A DNA stretch of 64,000 nt from an uncultured bacterium. GTDB taxonomy: Bacteria; Desulfobacterota; Desulfobaccia; Desulfobaccales; 0-14-0-80-60-11. This document shows, piece after piece, positions 20,782 to 33,042 of this stretch. The stretch lies in NCBI GenBank assembly GCA_937943575.1, contig CALEAV010000007.1, forward strand, positions 80,508 through 144,507, given 5' to 3'. The notes under the pieces are model-generated. The model searched no databases. It worked only from the letters and a program-made list of their open reading frames with translations, and had not been told where the DNA came from. Position 1 is the stretch's first letter. Each line of letters begins with the position of its first letter. A program made the position numbers and the translations under genes.

Positions 20782-20805
20782 CACCCCCGCCTGCCGCTCC
20801 CGCTG
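20782..20805. repeat. 24-bp direct repeat, copy 2 (CACCCCCGCCTGCCGCTCCCGCTG)
   Basis: Identical to 19547-19570. Begins 5 nt beyond the glmS stop codon (20811-20813). Confidence 0.9.
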
Positions 20806-20810
20806 CCCCG

Positions 20811-22640
<1,830 letters not shown>

Positions 22641-22680
22641 AATGCCCTCATCCAGGGGCGGCTGCCGCCGGAGCCACCGC

Positions 22681-22789
22681 CACCCCCGTCAATTCGCTGC
22701 GGTCAGGAGGATTGAGGCGCGGCCCTCTGGACGTCCTTGGAGATCTCCGCGCACCCCCCTGCCAATCTGTTGCGGTCAGGAGGATTGAG
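22681..22789 (-). repeat. Tandem imperfect repeat (about 36-38 nt units, 73-nt period) in the glmU-glmS spacer
   Basis: Units at 22681-22716 and 22752-22789 share an exact 19-nt core (plus strand TGCGGTCAGGAGGATTGAG at 22698-22716 and 22771-22789). On the mRNA strand the core reads CUCAAUCCUCCUGACCGCA. Confidence 0.85.
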
Positions 22790-22858
22790 ACCGCCTGCCT
22801 CCTAAACGCCGCTGCTTCGTCCCCTGGGTGGATGCCTCTGGGGACAGCCACCGCCGCC

Positions 22859-24502
22859 TTATCCCTGCCCGCCCTTTCTCAGGCTGGGCGCCAGGTGGGC
22901 CAGGTTGACCACGATTTCATAGTTGCTGGGGGCTTCCCCCTCCATGCCGCACATCTGCCGGATGAGCTCCAGGTTCGGGGGCGCCGCCAGCTCCCGCAGG
23001 GCCTCCAGGGTGGTCACCCCATGCTTTTGCAATATCTGGGCCAGCTCCTCCATCACCTCGGCGGCGCAGGCCAGCTCCAGGGCCGCCAGGGCCGGCCCCA
23101 GACTGGCGGCGGTGAGTGGTTCCGGCCGGGCGGCTGCCCCTTTGGGGAGTCGATTCAGCACCACCTGCCGGGCCCGGGCGATCCCCAGCCTCCCCGGAGG
23201 CACATCCTGGGTGATGGTGGAGCCGGCCCCCACATAGGCCCCGGCGCCCACCACCACCGGCGCCACCAGGGCGGTGTTGCTGCCGATGAAGGCCCCCTCC
23301 CCGATGATGGTGCGGTGCTTCTTCACCCCGTCGTAGTTGCAGGTGATGGTGCCGGCCCCCACATTGGTGCCGGCCCCCACCTCCGCATCGCCTAAGTAGG
23401 TAAGATGGTTGGCCTTGACGCCGGGGTAAAGTATAGACTTTTTCACCTCCACGAAGTTGCCCACCCGGACGTTTTCCCGGAGGTCGCTGTCGGGCCGGAG
23501 ATGGGCATACGGCCCCACCTGGACCCCGGCGGCCAGGCGGCTCCGGGTGATGACGCAGCCCATCTTCACCCAGACTTCATCGGCCAGCTCCGAGTCGGTG
23601 ATCATCACCTCCGGTCCCAGGCGGCAGTTCTCGCCGATGATGGTGCGCCCCTCCAGATAGCAGTTGGGGTAAAGGACGGTGTCCCGGCCGATGACCACCT
23701 CCGGGCCGATGTAGCAGCTCTCCGGATCCACCAGGGTGACCCCGGCGGCCATGTGGGCCGCATTGATGCGGCGCTTCAGGGTCTGGGTGGCCTGGGCCAG
23801 CTCCTGGCGGCTGTTGATCCCCAGGAGATTTTCCCAGTCCGGGTCGAGGAGGGCCTCCACCCGCCGGCCGTGGCGCCGGGCCAAGCCGATCATGTCGGTG
23901 AGGTAGATCTCCCCGGTCACCGGGCTGGGGACCAGCTCCGCCAGCGCCTGACGCAAAAAGGCGGCCTCAAAGCAGTAGGCCCCGGTGTTGATCTCCCGGA
24001 TGGCCAGGATCTCCGGCCGGTCATGCGCGTCCTTGACCTGCACCACGTCCAGGACCTGCCCGGAGGCGTCCCGCACCACCCGGCCGTAGTGGGCCCCCTC
24101 GGCCAGCTCCACCGTCTGCACCGTCACCGCGGCGCCGCTGGTCTGGTGCAGCCTCAGCAGGGCCTGGATGCTCTCCCCGGCGATGAGGGGCACGTCCCCG
24201 CACAGCACCATGACCGTCCCGGCGTCCGGGGGCACGGCGCTCATGGCCACCTGCACCGCATGGCCGGTGCCCTGCTGGGGCTCCTGCACCACAAAGCGCA
24301 CGCCATACGGCTCCAGGGCCTGCCGGACTTTCTCAGCCTGATAACCCACGACCACCAGGATATCGGTCACCCCTATCGATTTGAGAGTGTCGATAAGATA
24401 GGCGATCATGGGCCGCCCCAAAATCTCGTGCAGGACCTTGGGGCGGGCGGATTTCATCCGGGTCCCCTGACCCGCGGCCAGGAGAATGGCTGTCAGATTC
24501 AT
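22859..24502 (-). CDS. glmU: Bifunctional GlmU (UDP-GlcNAc pyrophosphorylase / GlcN-1-P acetyltransferase) with a C-terminal extension of about 90 aa
   Basis: ILLAAGQGTRMKS, left-handed beta-helix hexapeptide region. Start set at MNLTAILLAAG (ATG 24502); an upstream in-frame ATG at 24526 is possible. The sequence continues about 90 aa past the usual GlmU end. Confidence 0.9.
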   Translation of the reverse strand: MNLTAILLAAGQGTRMKSARPKVLHEILGRPMIAYLIDTLKSIGVTDILVVVGYQAEKVRQALEPYGVRFVVQEPQQGTGHAVQVAMSAVPPDAGTVMVLCGDVPLIAGESIQALLRLHQTSGAAVTVQTVELAEGAHYGRVVRDASGQVLDVVQVKDAHDRPEILAIREINTGAYCFEAAFLRQALAELVPSPVTGEIYLTDMIGLARRHGRRVEALLDPDWENLLGINSRQELAQATQTLKRRINAAHMAAGVTLVDPESCYIGPEVVIGRDTVLYPNCYLEGRTIIGENCRLGPEVMITDSELADEVWVKMGCVITRSRLAAGVQVGPYAHLRPDSDLRENVRVGNFVEVKKSILYPGVKANHLTYLGDAEVGAGTNVGAGTITCNYDGVKKHRTIIGEGAFIGSNTALVAPVVVGAGAYVGAGSTITQDVPPGRLGIARARQVVLNRLPKGAAARPEPLTAASLGPALAALELACAAEVMEELAQILQKHGVTTLEALRELAAPPNLELIRQMCGMEGEAPSNYEIVVNLAHLAPSLRKGGQG

Positions 24503-24589
24503 CAGCGCGACACTCACCCTCCCCATTTTTGCATTTTATATGCCAGCCCTGGGAGGCGGAAACAGGTCCATTGTAGCAGAATCCGCCCC

Positions 24590-24621
24590 AAAAAAAAGCA
24601 AGCCCGGATTGCCAGGCTTGC
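24590..24621 (-). terminator. Intrinsic terminator after atpC
   Basis: Minus strand: 10-bp stem GCAAGCCUGG / CCGGGCUUGC with CAAU loop, followed by U8. Lies 43 nt after the atpC stop. Confidence 0.75.
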
Positions 24622-24663
24622 TGTCAGAGGTCAGGGGTGAAAGAGGGCAGTCCGGGGTCGGCT

Positions 24664-25068
24664 TCAGCGGGCGGCCACCTTCATGCGCACCATGGCCCGC
24701 CTCAGCGCCGCTTCGGCCCGGGCCCAGTCGATGTTTTCGGTCTTGGCCGCCGCGAGCCTCGCTTTGGCCCGCTCCAGGGCCCGGCGCGCCCGCTCCACAT
24801 CGATCTCCCGGCCGAATTCGGCGGCCTCGGCCACGATGGTCACCTTCTTGCCGGTGACCTCGGCAAAGCCGCCGCTCACCGCCAAGTACTCAGTCTTGGC
24901 ACCGTCCTTGTAGTACATCTCCCCCACATCCAGGGCGGAGAGGAAGGGGATGTGGCCATAGAGGACGCCGAATTGGCCTTCCACCCCGGGGCAGACCACC
25001 ACATCCGCTTCGGTGGAGACCACCTTGCGGTCGGGGGTGACGACTTCCAGGAGGATTTTGTTTGCCAT
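24664..25068 (-). CDS. atpC: F1 ATP synthase epsilon subunit
   Basis: 134 aa; LEVVTPDRKV...GVLYGHIPFLSAL pattern; last gene of the atp cluster. Confidence 0.9.
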   Translation of the reverse strand: MANKILLEVVTPDRKVVSTEADVVVCPGVEGQFGVLYGHIPFLSALDVGEMYYKDGAKTEYLAVSGGFAEVTGKKVTIVAEAAEFGREIDVERARRALERAKARLAAAKTENIDWARAEAALRRAMVRMKVAAR

Positions 25069-25089
25069 CTCCTCGGCCTCCCGGCGAAA

Positions 25090-26529
<1,440 letters not shown>

Positions 26530-27396
26530 TTAGCCCTTGAGGGCCTCGGCACCGCCCACGATGTCCATCAGTTCTTTGGTAATGCCCGCCTGCCGGGCCT
26601 TGTTCATCACCAGAGTGAGCTGGTTGATCATCTCCTTGCAGTTATTGGAGGCGTTGTCCATGGCGGTCATGCGGGCCGCATGCTCGCTGGCGGCGTTTTC
26701 CAAAAAGCCATGGTACACCGCGGTGTTGATGTATTTGGGCAAGAGATGCTCCAGGAACTGGGCCAGAGGGGGCTCAAAGATGTACTCCGGCCCGCCGGTG
26801 ATCTCCGCCTCCTCGGCGCTGATAGGGAGCAGCTTCACCAACTTGGGCCTCTGGATGGCCACGTTGATGAACACCGAGTGGATGAGGTAGACCTCCTGCA
26901 CCTGGCCGGTGAGGAAGGCGCTCATCACCTCCCGGGCCACCGCCACGGCGTTGGTGAAGTCGAACTTGTTCCAGACATCCACCCAGAAGGCGGGCATGGG
27001 GGCCTTGCGGCGCCGGAAGAAGTCCCGGCCCTTGCGGCCGACGCAGTAAAACAGGGTCTCGATGCCGGCCGCCTCCTTTTCCCGGGCGAATTTCACCGCC
27101 GCGTTGATGAGGTTGACATTGAAACTGCCGCACAGGCCGCGGTCGGCGGTCATCAGCACCAGCCCCACCTTCTCCACCACCGGGGCCCGCTGGAAAAAGG
27201 GATGTATCTCCGGCTCGATGCGGCTGGCCAGGTTGCCCAGCATGCTGGTGAAGGTCTGGGCATAGGGCCGGAAATTCTCCATGCGCTGCTGCGCGCCCCG
27301 CAGTTTGGCGGCGGCCACCATGTTCATGGCCTTGGTGATCTGCTGGGTCTTCTTGACCGCGGCGATCTTCCGCCGGATGTCACGTAAGGTCGGCAT
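26530..27396 (-). CDS. atpG: F1 ATP synthase gamma subunit
   Basis: MPTLRDIRRKIAAVKKTQQITKAMNMVAAAKLR and C-terminal ITKELMDIVGGAEAL. Confidence 0.95.
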   Translation of the reverse strand: MPTLRDIRRKIAAVKKTQQITKAMNMVAAAKLRGAQQRMENFRPYAQTFTSMLGNLASRIEPEIHPFFQRAPVVEKVGLVLMTADRGLCGSFNVNLINAAVKFAREKEAAGIETLFYCVGRKGRDFFRRRKAPMPAFWVDVWNKFDFTNAVAVAREVMSAFLTGQVQEVYLIHSVFINVAIQRPKLVKLLPISAEEAEITGGPEYIFEPPLAQFLEHLLPKYINTAVYHGFLENAASEHAARMTAMDNASNNCKEMINQLTLVMNKARQAGITKELMDIVGGAEALKG

Positions 27397-27416
27397 ACGC
27401 TACCCCCTCACGTGGC

Positions 27417-28931
27417 TTAGGCCGCAGGCTGAAAGACGCCGTCGAACTCATTCAGGGCGGCTTGCATCCGGGCGTCCAGGTCCGGGGAGATCTCCTTGCG
27501 CTCCCGGATCTCCTGCAGGATCTCCGGGTGCCGGGTTTCCATGAAGCGGTAGAACTGCACCTCATACTGGCCCAGCACCTCCACCGGGTACTTGTCCAGG
27601 AAGCCCCGGGTGCCGGCGTAGATGATGGCGATCTGCTTCTCCATGGGCAGCGGCTGGTATTGCGGCTGCTTCAGGATCTCCACCAGACGCACGCCCCGGT
27701 TGAGCTGCTGCTGGGTGGCCTTGTCCAGCTCGGAGCCGAACTGGGCGAAGGCGGCCAGCTCCCGGTACTGGGCCAGATCCAGGCGCAGCGAGCCGGCCAC
27801 CTGCTTCATGGCCTTCACCTGGGCCGCCCCCCCCACCCGGGAGACCGACAGACCCACGTTGATGGCGGGCCGCACCCCGGAGAAGAACAGGCCCGGCTCC
27901 AGATACACCTGGCCGTCGGTGATGGAGATCACGTTGGTGGGGATATAGGCGGAGACGTCGCCCTGCTGGGTCTCGATGATGGGAAGCGCGGTCAGGGACC
28001 CGCCGCCCTTCTCGTCGTTCAGCTTGGCGGCCCGCTCCAGCAGCCGGGAGTGGTTGTAGAAGATGTCCCCGGGATAGGCCTCCCGTCCCGGCGGCCGCCG
28101 CAGAAGCAAGGAGATCTGCCGGTAGGCCTGGGCCTGCTTGGTGAGGTCATCGTAGATGATGAGGGCGTGGCGGCCGGTATCCCGGTAGTACTCGCCCATG
28201 GCGCAGCCGGCGTAGGCGGCGATGTACTGCAGGGGCGCGGGCTCCGAGGCCGAGGCGTTCACCACCACGGTGTGGTTCATGGCGCCGTGGCGCTCCAGGG
28301 CGTCCACCACCTGGGCCACGGTGGACTTCTTCTGCCCGATGGCCACGTAGATGCAGATGATGCCGGAGTCCTTCTGGTTGATGATGGCGTCCACGCACAG
28401 GGCGGTCTTGCCGATCTGGCGGTCGCCGATGATCAGCTCCCGCTGGCCCCGGCCGATGGGGGTCATGGCGTCGATGGCCTTGTAGCCGGTGTACATGGGC
28501 TCATTCACCGGCTGGCGCTCGATGACGCCGGGCGCCTTCACCTCGATGCGGCGGAACTCCGTGGCCTGGATGGGGCCTTTGCCGTCCAGGGGGTTGCCCA
28601 CCGGGTCAATCACCCGGCCGATGACCGCGTCGCCCACCGGCACCTCGGCGATGCGGCCGGTGCGTTTGACGATGTCCCCCTCCTTGATGTGGGTGTCCTC
28701 ACCCAGGATGGCGCAGCCGACGTTGTCCTCCTCCAGGTTGAGGGCGATGCCGTAGATGCCCCCGGGGAACTCCAGGAGCTCCATGGCCATGCACTTCTCC
28801 ACCCCGTAGACCCGGGCGATGCCGTCCCCCACGGACAGCACGGTGCCGGTTTCGGCCACCTCCACCTTCTTCTCATAATCCTTGATCTGGGTGCGGATAA
28901 TTTGGCTGATTTCCTCGGCTCTGATCTCCAT
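27417..28931 (-). CDS. atpA: F1 ATP synthase alpha subunit
   Basis: Walker [10 protein letters not shown], full-length alpha. Confidence 0.97.
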   Translation of the reverse strand: MEIRAEEISQIIRTQIKDYEKKVEVAETGTVLSVGDGIARVYGVEKCMAMELLEFPGGIYGIALNLEEDNVGCAILGEDTHIKEGDIVKRTGRIAEVPVGDAVIGRVIDPVGNPLDGKGPIQATEFRRIEVKAPGVIERQPVNEPMYTGYKAIDAMTPIGRGQRELIIGDRQIGKTALCVDAIINQKDSGIICIYVAIGQKKSTVAQVVDALERHGAMNHTVVVNASASEPAPLQYIAAYAGCAMGEYYRDTGRHALIIYDDLTKQAQAYRQISLLLRRPPGREAYPGDIFYNHSRLLERAAKLNDEKGGGSLTALPIIETQQGDVSAYIPTNVISITDGQVYLEPGLFFSGVRPAINVGLSVSRVGGAAQVKAMKQVAGSLRLDLAQYRELAAFAQFGSELDKATQQQLNRGVRLVEILKQPQYQPLPMEKQIAIIYAGTRGFLDKYPVEVLGQYEVQFYRFMETRHPEILQEIRERKEISPDLDARMQAALNEFDGVFQPAA

Positions 28932-28934
28932 GTA

Positions 28935-29483
28935 TCAAACCTCGCCTTTGATTAAGGATTCTCGTAAGGACATGAGCTGGGTGCGGATGCTGCCGTCCAG
29001 CACCAGATCCCCCACCCGGGCGACGATGCCCCCGATGATGGTGGGGTCTTCTTCCACTTCCATGACCACCCGGGAGCCGGTCATCTGCTCCAGGGCCTGG
29101 CGCAGGCGCTCCCGCATGGACTCATCCAGGGGAATGGCGGCCTTGACCCGGGCCCGTTTGACATTCTCCAGCTCGTCCACCAGCTGCTGGTAGACCTGGG
29201 CGATGCCCGGCAGCGCCGCCAGGCGGTGTTTGTCAAACAGGAGTTTGAGAAAGTTGCCCATGAGGGGGGAGAGCTGCAGCACCTCCGTCAGGTGGAGAAG
29301 CAATTTGCGCCGCTCCTCCAGGCCGTGGATGGGATTGAGCAAGGCGTGCTTGAGCTCCGGCTCCTTCTCCATGAGCTGGGCGAAGCCCTGGAGCTCCTCC
29401 CCGTACTCCTTGTATTTGCCATCCTCCTGGCCCAGCATCATCAGGGCCTTGGCATAGCGTCGGGAAACGGTCAGGTCAATCAA
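28935..29483 (-). CDS. atpH: F1 ATP synthase delta (OSCP) subunit
   Basis: 182 aa; RRYAKAL N-terminus and GGIVARVGDLVLDGSIRTQL C-terminus. Confidence 0.9.
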   Translation of the reverse strand: MIDLTVSRRYAKALMMLGQEDGKYKEYGEELQGFAQLMEKEPELKHALLNPIHGLEERRKLLLHLTEVLQLSPLMGNFLKLLFDKHRLAALPGIAQVYQQLVDELENVKRARVKAAIPLDESMRERLRQALEQMTGSRVVMEVEEDPTIIGGIVARVGDLVLDGSIRTQLMSLRESLIKGEV

Positions 29484-30064
29484 TGCTTCTCCACCACCTT
29501 TTCAAGGTATTCCTCCACCAGACGCTGATGGTCGGTGAAGGTGAGTTTCTCCCGGATCATCTGTTCCGCCAGGCGGGTGGCCTGCTCGGCCACCTCCCGC
29601 TTCAGTTCCTGGGCCGCCCGCTTGGTCTCCGCCTCGATGGTCATGCGGGCCATCTCCTTGATGCGCTGGGCCACCATCTCCGCCTTCTTGAGGATGGCGG
29701 CCTTCTCCAGTTCGCCCTCCGCCACAAACTGCTGGATGAGGCGCTCCCGCTCCTTCTCCACTTCCTTGAGGCGGGTCTCCGCCGCCGCCAGGGCGGCTTC
29801 GGCGGCCTGTTTTTTGGCCTCCAGCTCCTCCAGGCTCTGGGCGATGCTCTGGGCCCGGCTGGCAAAGAATTCCTTGGCGGGCCGCACCGCCAGCTTGATG
29901 AGGATGGCGGCAAAGACGATGAAGTTGAAGGTGCGCCAGATGAGGTCCTGCATCTTGGCTTCCGTGACCCCCCCATGTTCGCCGCCGCCGGCGGCCAGGG
30001 CCACGGTGGCCACTCCCAGGAGCAGCGCCATCAGGGGCAGGGCTTTGACCGTGCGCATGCTCAT
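29480..30064 (-). CDS. atpF: Fo ATP synthase subunit b
   Basis: Start trimmed to MSMRTVKAL (ATG 30064, GGAGG upstream, ATGA overlap with the preceding gene). One TM segment followed by a long Ala/Glu/Lys coiled coil. Confidence 0.85.
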   Translation of the reverse strand: MSMRTVKALPLMALLLGVATVALAAGGGEHGGVTEAKMQDLIWRTFNFIVFAAILIKLAVRPAKEFFASRAQSIAQSLEELEAKKQAAEAALAAAETRLKEVEKERERLIQQFVAEGELEKAAILKKAEMVAQRIKEMARMTIEAETKRAAQELKREVAEQATRLAEQMIREKLTFTDHQRLVEEYLEKVVEKH

Positions 30065-30489
30065 GCCACCTCCCTCCCGATCAGTTTCACCGCCAAGGCG
30101 TGGGCAAACTCCTGCGCCTGGGCCGACAGGGCCTCCCGGGCTTTGGCGACATCGCTTGTGATTTTCTGGGAAACCTGGGCCCACTCGGCCTCCACCTCCT
30201 TTTTCACCTGCTCCAGGAGCTGGGCTTCCGCCTTGGTCCCCTCCAACCGCCGGGCCTCCCGCTGGTTGAGGCCTTCCCGCCGGGCCTCCAGCAGTTGCCG
30301 TTCCACCTCTGACAGCCGGGCCTGCTCCGCCTCGCTCAGCCGGGAGATCTCCCCCTCGTAGCCGGCGATGACCCCCTGGCGCTGCCTCAGGCCTTGGCGC
30401 AGGGGCCGGAAGAGCACCAGGTTGAGCAGGTAGGTCAGCAGGAGGAAATTGACGATTTGAACAAACAGCGTCCAGTCGATATCGATCAT
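30061..30489 (-). CDS. Fo ATP synthase subunit b' (second b-type subunit)
   Basis: 142 aa: N-terminal TM (LFVQIVNFLLLTYLLNLVLF) followed by a coiled coil, immediately upstream of atpF. Confidence 0.8.
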   Translation of the reverse strand: MIDIDWTLFVQIVNFLLLTYLLNLVLFRPLRQGLRQRQGVIAGYEGEISRLSEAEQARLSEVERQLLEARREGLNQREARRLEGTKAEAQLLEQVKKEVEAEWAQVSQKITSDVAKAREALSAQAQEFAHALAVKLIGREVA

Positions 30490-30591
30490 CCCGCAAGGCC
30501 ACCTTTTAAATTATTAGTAATTTTAACAGCTTAGCCGAAAAAAGGTCCGGCGTCGGCACATCCCCTACATGTGTAACTTTTCACGAAAGCC

Positions 30592-30620
30592 CTTGTATCC
30601 TATTTTCCCCCCCCTGTCAA
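30592..30620 (-). promoter_or_regulatory. Possible sigma-70-like promoter TTGACA-N17-TACAAG for the atp operon
   Basis: Minus strand TTGACA (30620-30615) and TACAAG (30597-30592) in an AT-richer spacer after the rodA stop. Weak -10; consensus match only. Confidence 0.35.
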
Positions 30621-30638
30621 ATCTTTTTCCCAAAAATT

Positions 30639-31745
30639 TCACCCCCCATAGAGATGGCGGCGCATGCGCACGTTCATCAGCACCCCCAGGGCCAAAAGGG
30701 TGGTGATCAGGGAGGAGCCCCCATAACTGAAAAAGGGGAGGGGAATGCCCACCACCGGCACCAGCCCGGTGACCATGCCCAGGTTGATGAAGATCTGCCA
30801 GAACAGCAAGGCCGTCACCCCCACCGCCAGGTACTGGCCGAAGCGGTCCCGGCAGGTCCGGGCCACCATGAGGCCATAAAGGATCAGGCCCACATAGAGG
30901 AGGACCAGCAGGGCCGAGCCGGCAAAGCCCCACTCCTCGGCAAAGACCGAAAAGGCAAAGTCGGTGTGCTGCTCCGGCAAAAAATAGAGCTGGCTCTGGG
31001 TGCCGCACAAAAAACCCTTGCCCCAGAACTGGCCGGAGCCCACCGCAATCTTGGACTGGATGATGTGGTAGCCGGAGCCCAGGGGGTCCTTTTCCGGGTC
31101 CAGGAAGGTGAGGAGCCGCTGCTTCTGGTAATCCTTGAGAAAGGGCCAAGCCAGGGGTGCACCGGCCAGGGCTGCCCCCGCCAGCACGGCCAGGGTCTGC
31201 CACTGCACCCCGGCAAACAGGGTAATCCCCCCCGCCACCGCCAGCACCAACAGCCCGGAACCCAGATCCGGCTGCTTGATGATGAGGGCCGCCGGCAGCA
31301 GGGTCAGGGCCCCCGGCGCCAGCAGATCCCGGAATCCCAGGGCCGCAGTCTGGGGCCGCCGCGAAAAATAGCGGGACAGGACCAGAATGATGGCCACCTT
31401 GGTGAGCTCCGAGGGCTGCACCGTCAAGGGCCCCAAAACCAGCCAGCGCCGGGAGCCGGAGACCGTTTTCCCCGCCGCCATCACCAGCAGCAGCAGAGCC
31501 ACGCTCAGGATATACAGCGGCAGGGCGATCTTCTCGTAATGGCGGTAGTGGTAGAGCAGGCTGAGGAACATGAGCCCCAGGCCGGCCGCCAGCCAGTAGA
31601 GCTGCTTCAGGTACACCGGGGTCGCCCCCTCCGGCGTGCGGTTGAAGCCGGCACTGTACAGATTGAGGATGCCGATGCCGGCCAGCAGCAGCACCAGCCC
31701 CAGGAGGGGATAATCAAAATTTTGCACCAGCCGCCGATCGAACAT
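30639..31745 (-). CDS. rodA: SEDS-family peptidoglycan polymerase RodA (FtsW/RodA family)
   Basis: 368 aa, about 10 TM segments; FDYPLLGLVLLLAGIGILNLYSA, RRWLVLGPLTVQPSELTK, GIPLPFFSYGGSS. Confidence 0.8.
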   Translation of the reverse strand: MFDRRLVQNFDYPLLGLVLLLAGIGILNLYSAGFNRTPEGATPVYLKQLYWLAAGLGLMFLSLLYHYRHYEKIALPLYILSVALLLLVMAAGKTVSGSRRWLVLGPLTVQPSELTKVAIILVLSRYFSRRPQTAALGFRDLLAPGALTLLPAALIIKQPDLGSGLLVLAVAGGITLFAGVQWQTLAVLAGAALAGAPLAWPFLKDYQKQRLLTFLDPEKDPLGSGYHIIQSKIAVGSGQFWGKGFLCGTQSQLYFLPEQHTDFAFSVFAEEWGFAGSALLVLLYVGLILYGLMVARTCRDRFGQYLAVGVTALLFWQIFINLGMVTGLVPVVGIPLPFFSYGGSSLITTLLALGVLMNVRMRRHLYGG

Positions 31746-31916
31746 CGGTTTATTTCAGTATCACGGTGAGTCTCTGGGGGGAAACTGAGAACCACCTTTT
31801 CCGGCAGGCAAAGTGAGATACATTCCCCTCAGAAATTCCGGGATGTTGGGAAACCTGCCCCGGTGCCTCACCTCATCAAATACCCCGGCACCGACACCCC
31901 TCATCCAAGACGCCTG

Positions 31917-32519
31917 TCAGGTCTCCACCCGGTGGCCCAGGGCCTCCTTCAGGGTCTGCTGGTCGGCGTACTTGATGTCGCCCCCCATGGGCAGACCGTA
32001 GGCGATGCGGGTCACCCTCACCCCCAGGGGCTTGAGCTCCTGGGAGAGAAAGGTGGTAGTGACCTCCCCCTCCAGGGTGGGGTTGAGGGCGAGGATCACC
32101 TCCCGGACCCCCTCGGCCTGCACCCGCGCCTTGAGCTCCGCCACCCTCAGATCCCGGTCCTTGACCCCCTCCAGGGGGGAGAGCAGTCCGCCCAGGACGT
32201 GATAGCGCCCCTTGAACCAGCCCACCCGCTCAATGGCCAACAGATCCTCGGGGTCGGCCACCACCATGAGGGTCCCCCCCTCCCGGGAGGGGTCGGCGCA
32301 CACCGGGCAGAGCTCCCCATCGGCAAAGGCGAAGCAGCGCCGGCAGAGGCGGATGTTTTCCTTCAGGTCCGCAAGGGCCCGGGCCAGCTCCAGCACCTCT
32401 CCCTTGGGGGCCTTGAGCAGATGCAGCGCCAGCCGGACGGCACTCTTCTCCCCCAGCCCCGGCCACGCGGCCAGGAGGGCCACCACCCGCCTGAGGGCCT
32501 CCGGGTATCCTTTTGCCAT
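31917..32519 (-). CDS. recR: Recombination protein RecR
   Basis: Start trimmed to MAKGYPEALRR (ATG 32519). HhH LPGLGEKSAVRLALHLL, C4 zinc finger CRRC...CPVC, Toprim region. Confidence 0.92.
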   Translation of the reverse strand: MAKGYPEALRRVVALLAAWPGLGEKSAVRLALHLLKAPKGEVLELARALADLKENIRLCRRCFAFADGELCPVCADPSREGGTLMVVADPEDLLAIERVGWFKGRYHVLGGLLSPLEGVKDRDLRVAELKARVQAEGVREVILALNPTLEGEVTTTFLSQELKPLGVRVTRIAYGLPMGGDIKYADQQTLKEALGHRVET

Positions 32520-32730
32520 GGATAGTTCCTTTGGCAAGCTGGGGGAGGGAGCCAAGGGGCGGTGGCCCCTTGCCCCCCCACACCCCCCCCTCCCCGCCAA
32601 TCCCTAATGTTTTTGATACTGCCACGAAGTCGAGGCTTCGGTCCCGACTTCCTGGCTTACATATGCGGGTTGGGAGGGGGTCGGGGGGGAGGGCAGGGGC
32701 GTGGAAGCCCCTGGCCCTCCCCCGAAATCT

Positions 32731-33042
32731 TCACATCATCCCCGGGATTCCCAGGCCGCCGGTGAGCTTGGCCATTTCCTGGGCCACCATCTCCCGGGAG
32801 CGGTTCAGGGCTTCGTTGACCGCCGCCAGGATGAGGTCCTGGAGCATCTCCACGTCCTCGGGGCTCACCACTTCCGGGTCGATGCGCAGGCTGAGGAGCT
32901 CCTGGCGGCCGTTGACGGTGGCCTCCACCATGCCGCCCCCGGCCTGGGCGCTGACGGTGCGCCTGCCCAGCTCCTCCTGGAGCGCCTGGATCTTGCTTTG
33001 CAGTTGTTGGGCCTGTTTCATCAGGCCGCCGATGCCCTTCAC
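32731..33042 (-). CDS. ybaB: Nucleoid-associated protein YbaB/EbfC
   Basis: GTG start at 33042 (AAGGAGGAG upstream; GTGA overlap with the dnaX stop) gives VKGIGGLMKQAQQLQSKIQALQEEL...GGLGIPGMM. Confidence 0.85.
   Translation of the reverse strand: MKGIGGLMKQAQQLQSKIQALQEELGRRTVSAQAGGGMVEATVNGRQELLSLRIDPEVVSPEDVEMLQDLILAAVNEALNRSREMVAQEMAKLTGGLGIPGMM

Noticed and set aside
22641-22858. glmS ribozyme upstream of glmS.
   Set aside because: The segment UUGACGGGGGUGGCGG...CGGCGGCAGCCGCC resembles the P2/P2.1 core. However, I could not find the cleavage-site A|GCGCC with its P1 pairing partner, and there is no room for P3-P4 before the start codon. The resemblance also sits inside a duplicated unit. 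Kept only as a 'check with RF00234' note.
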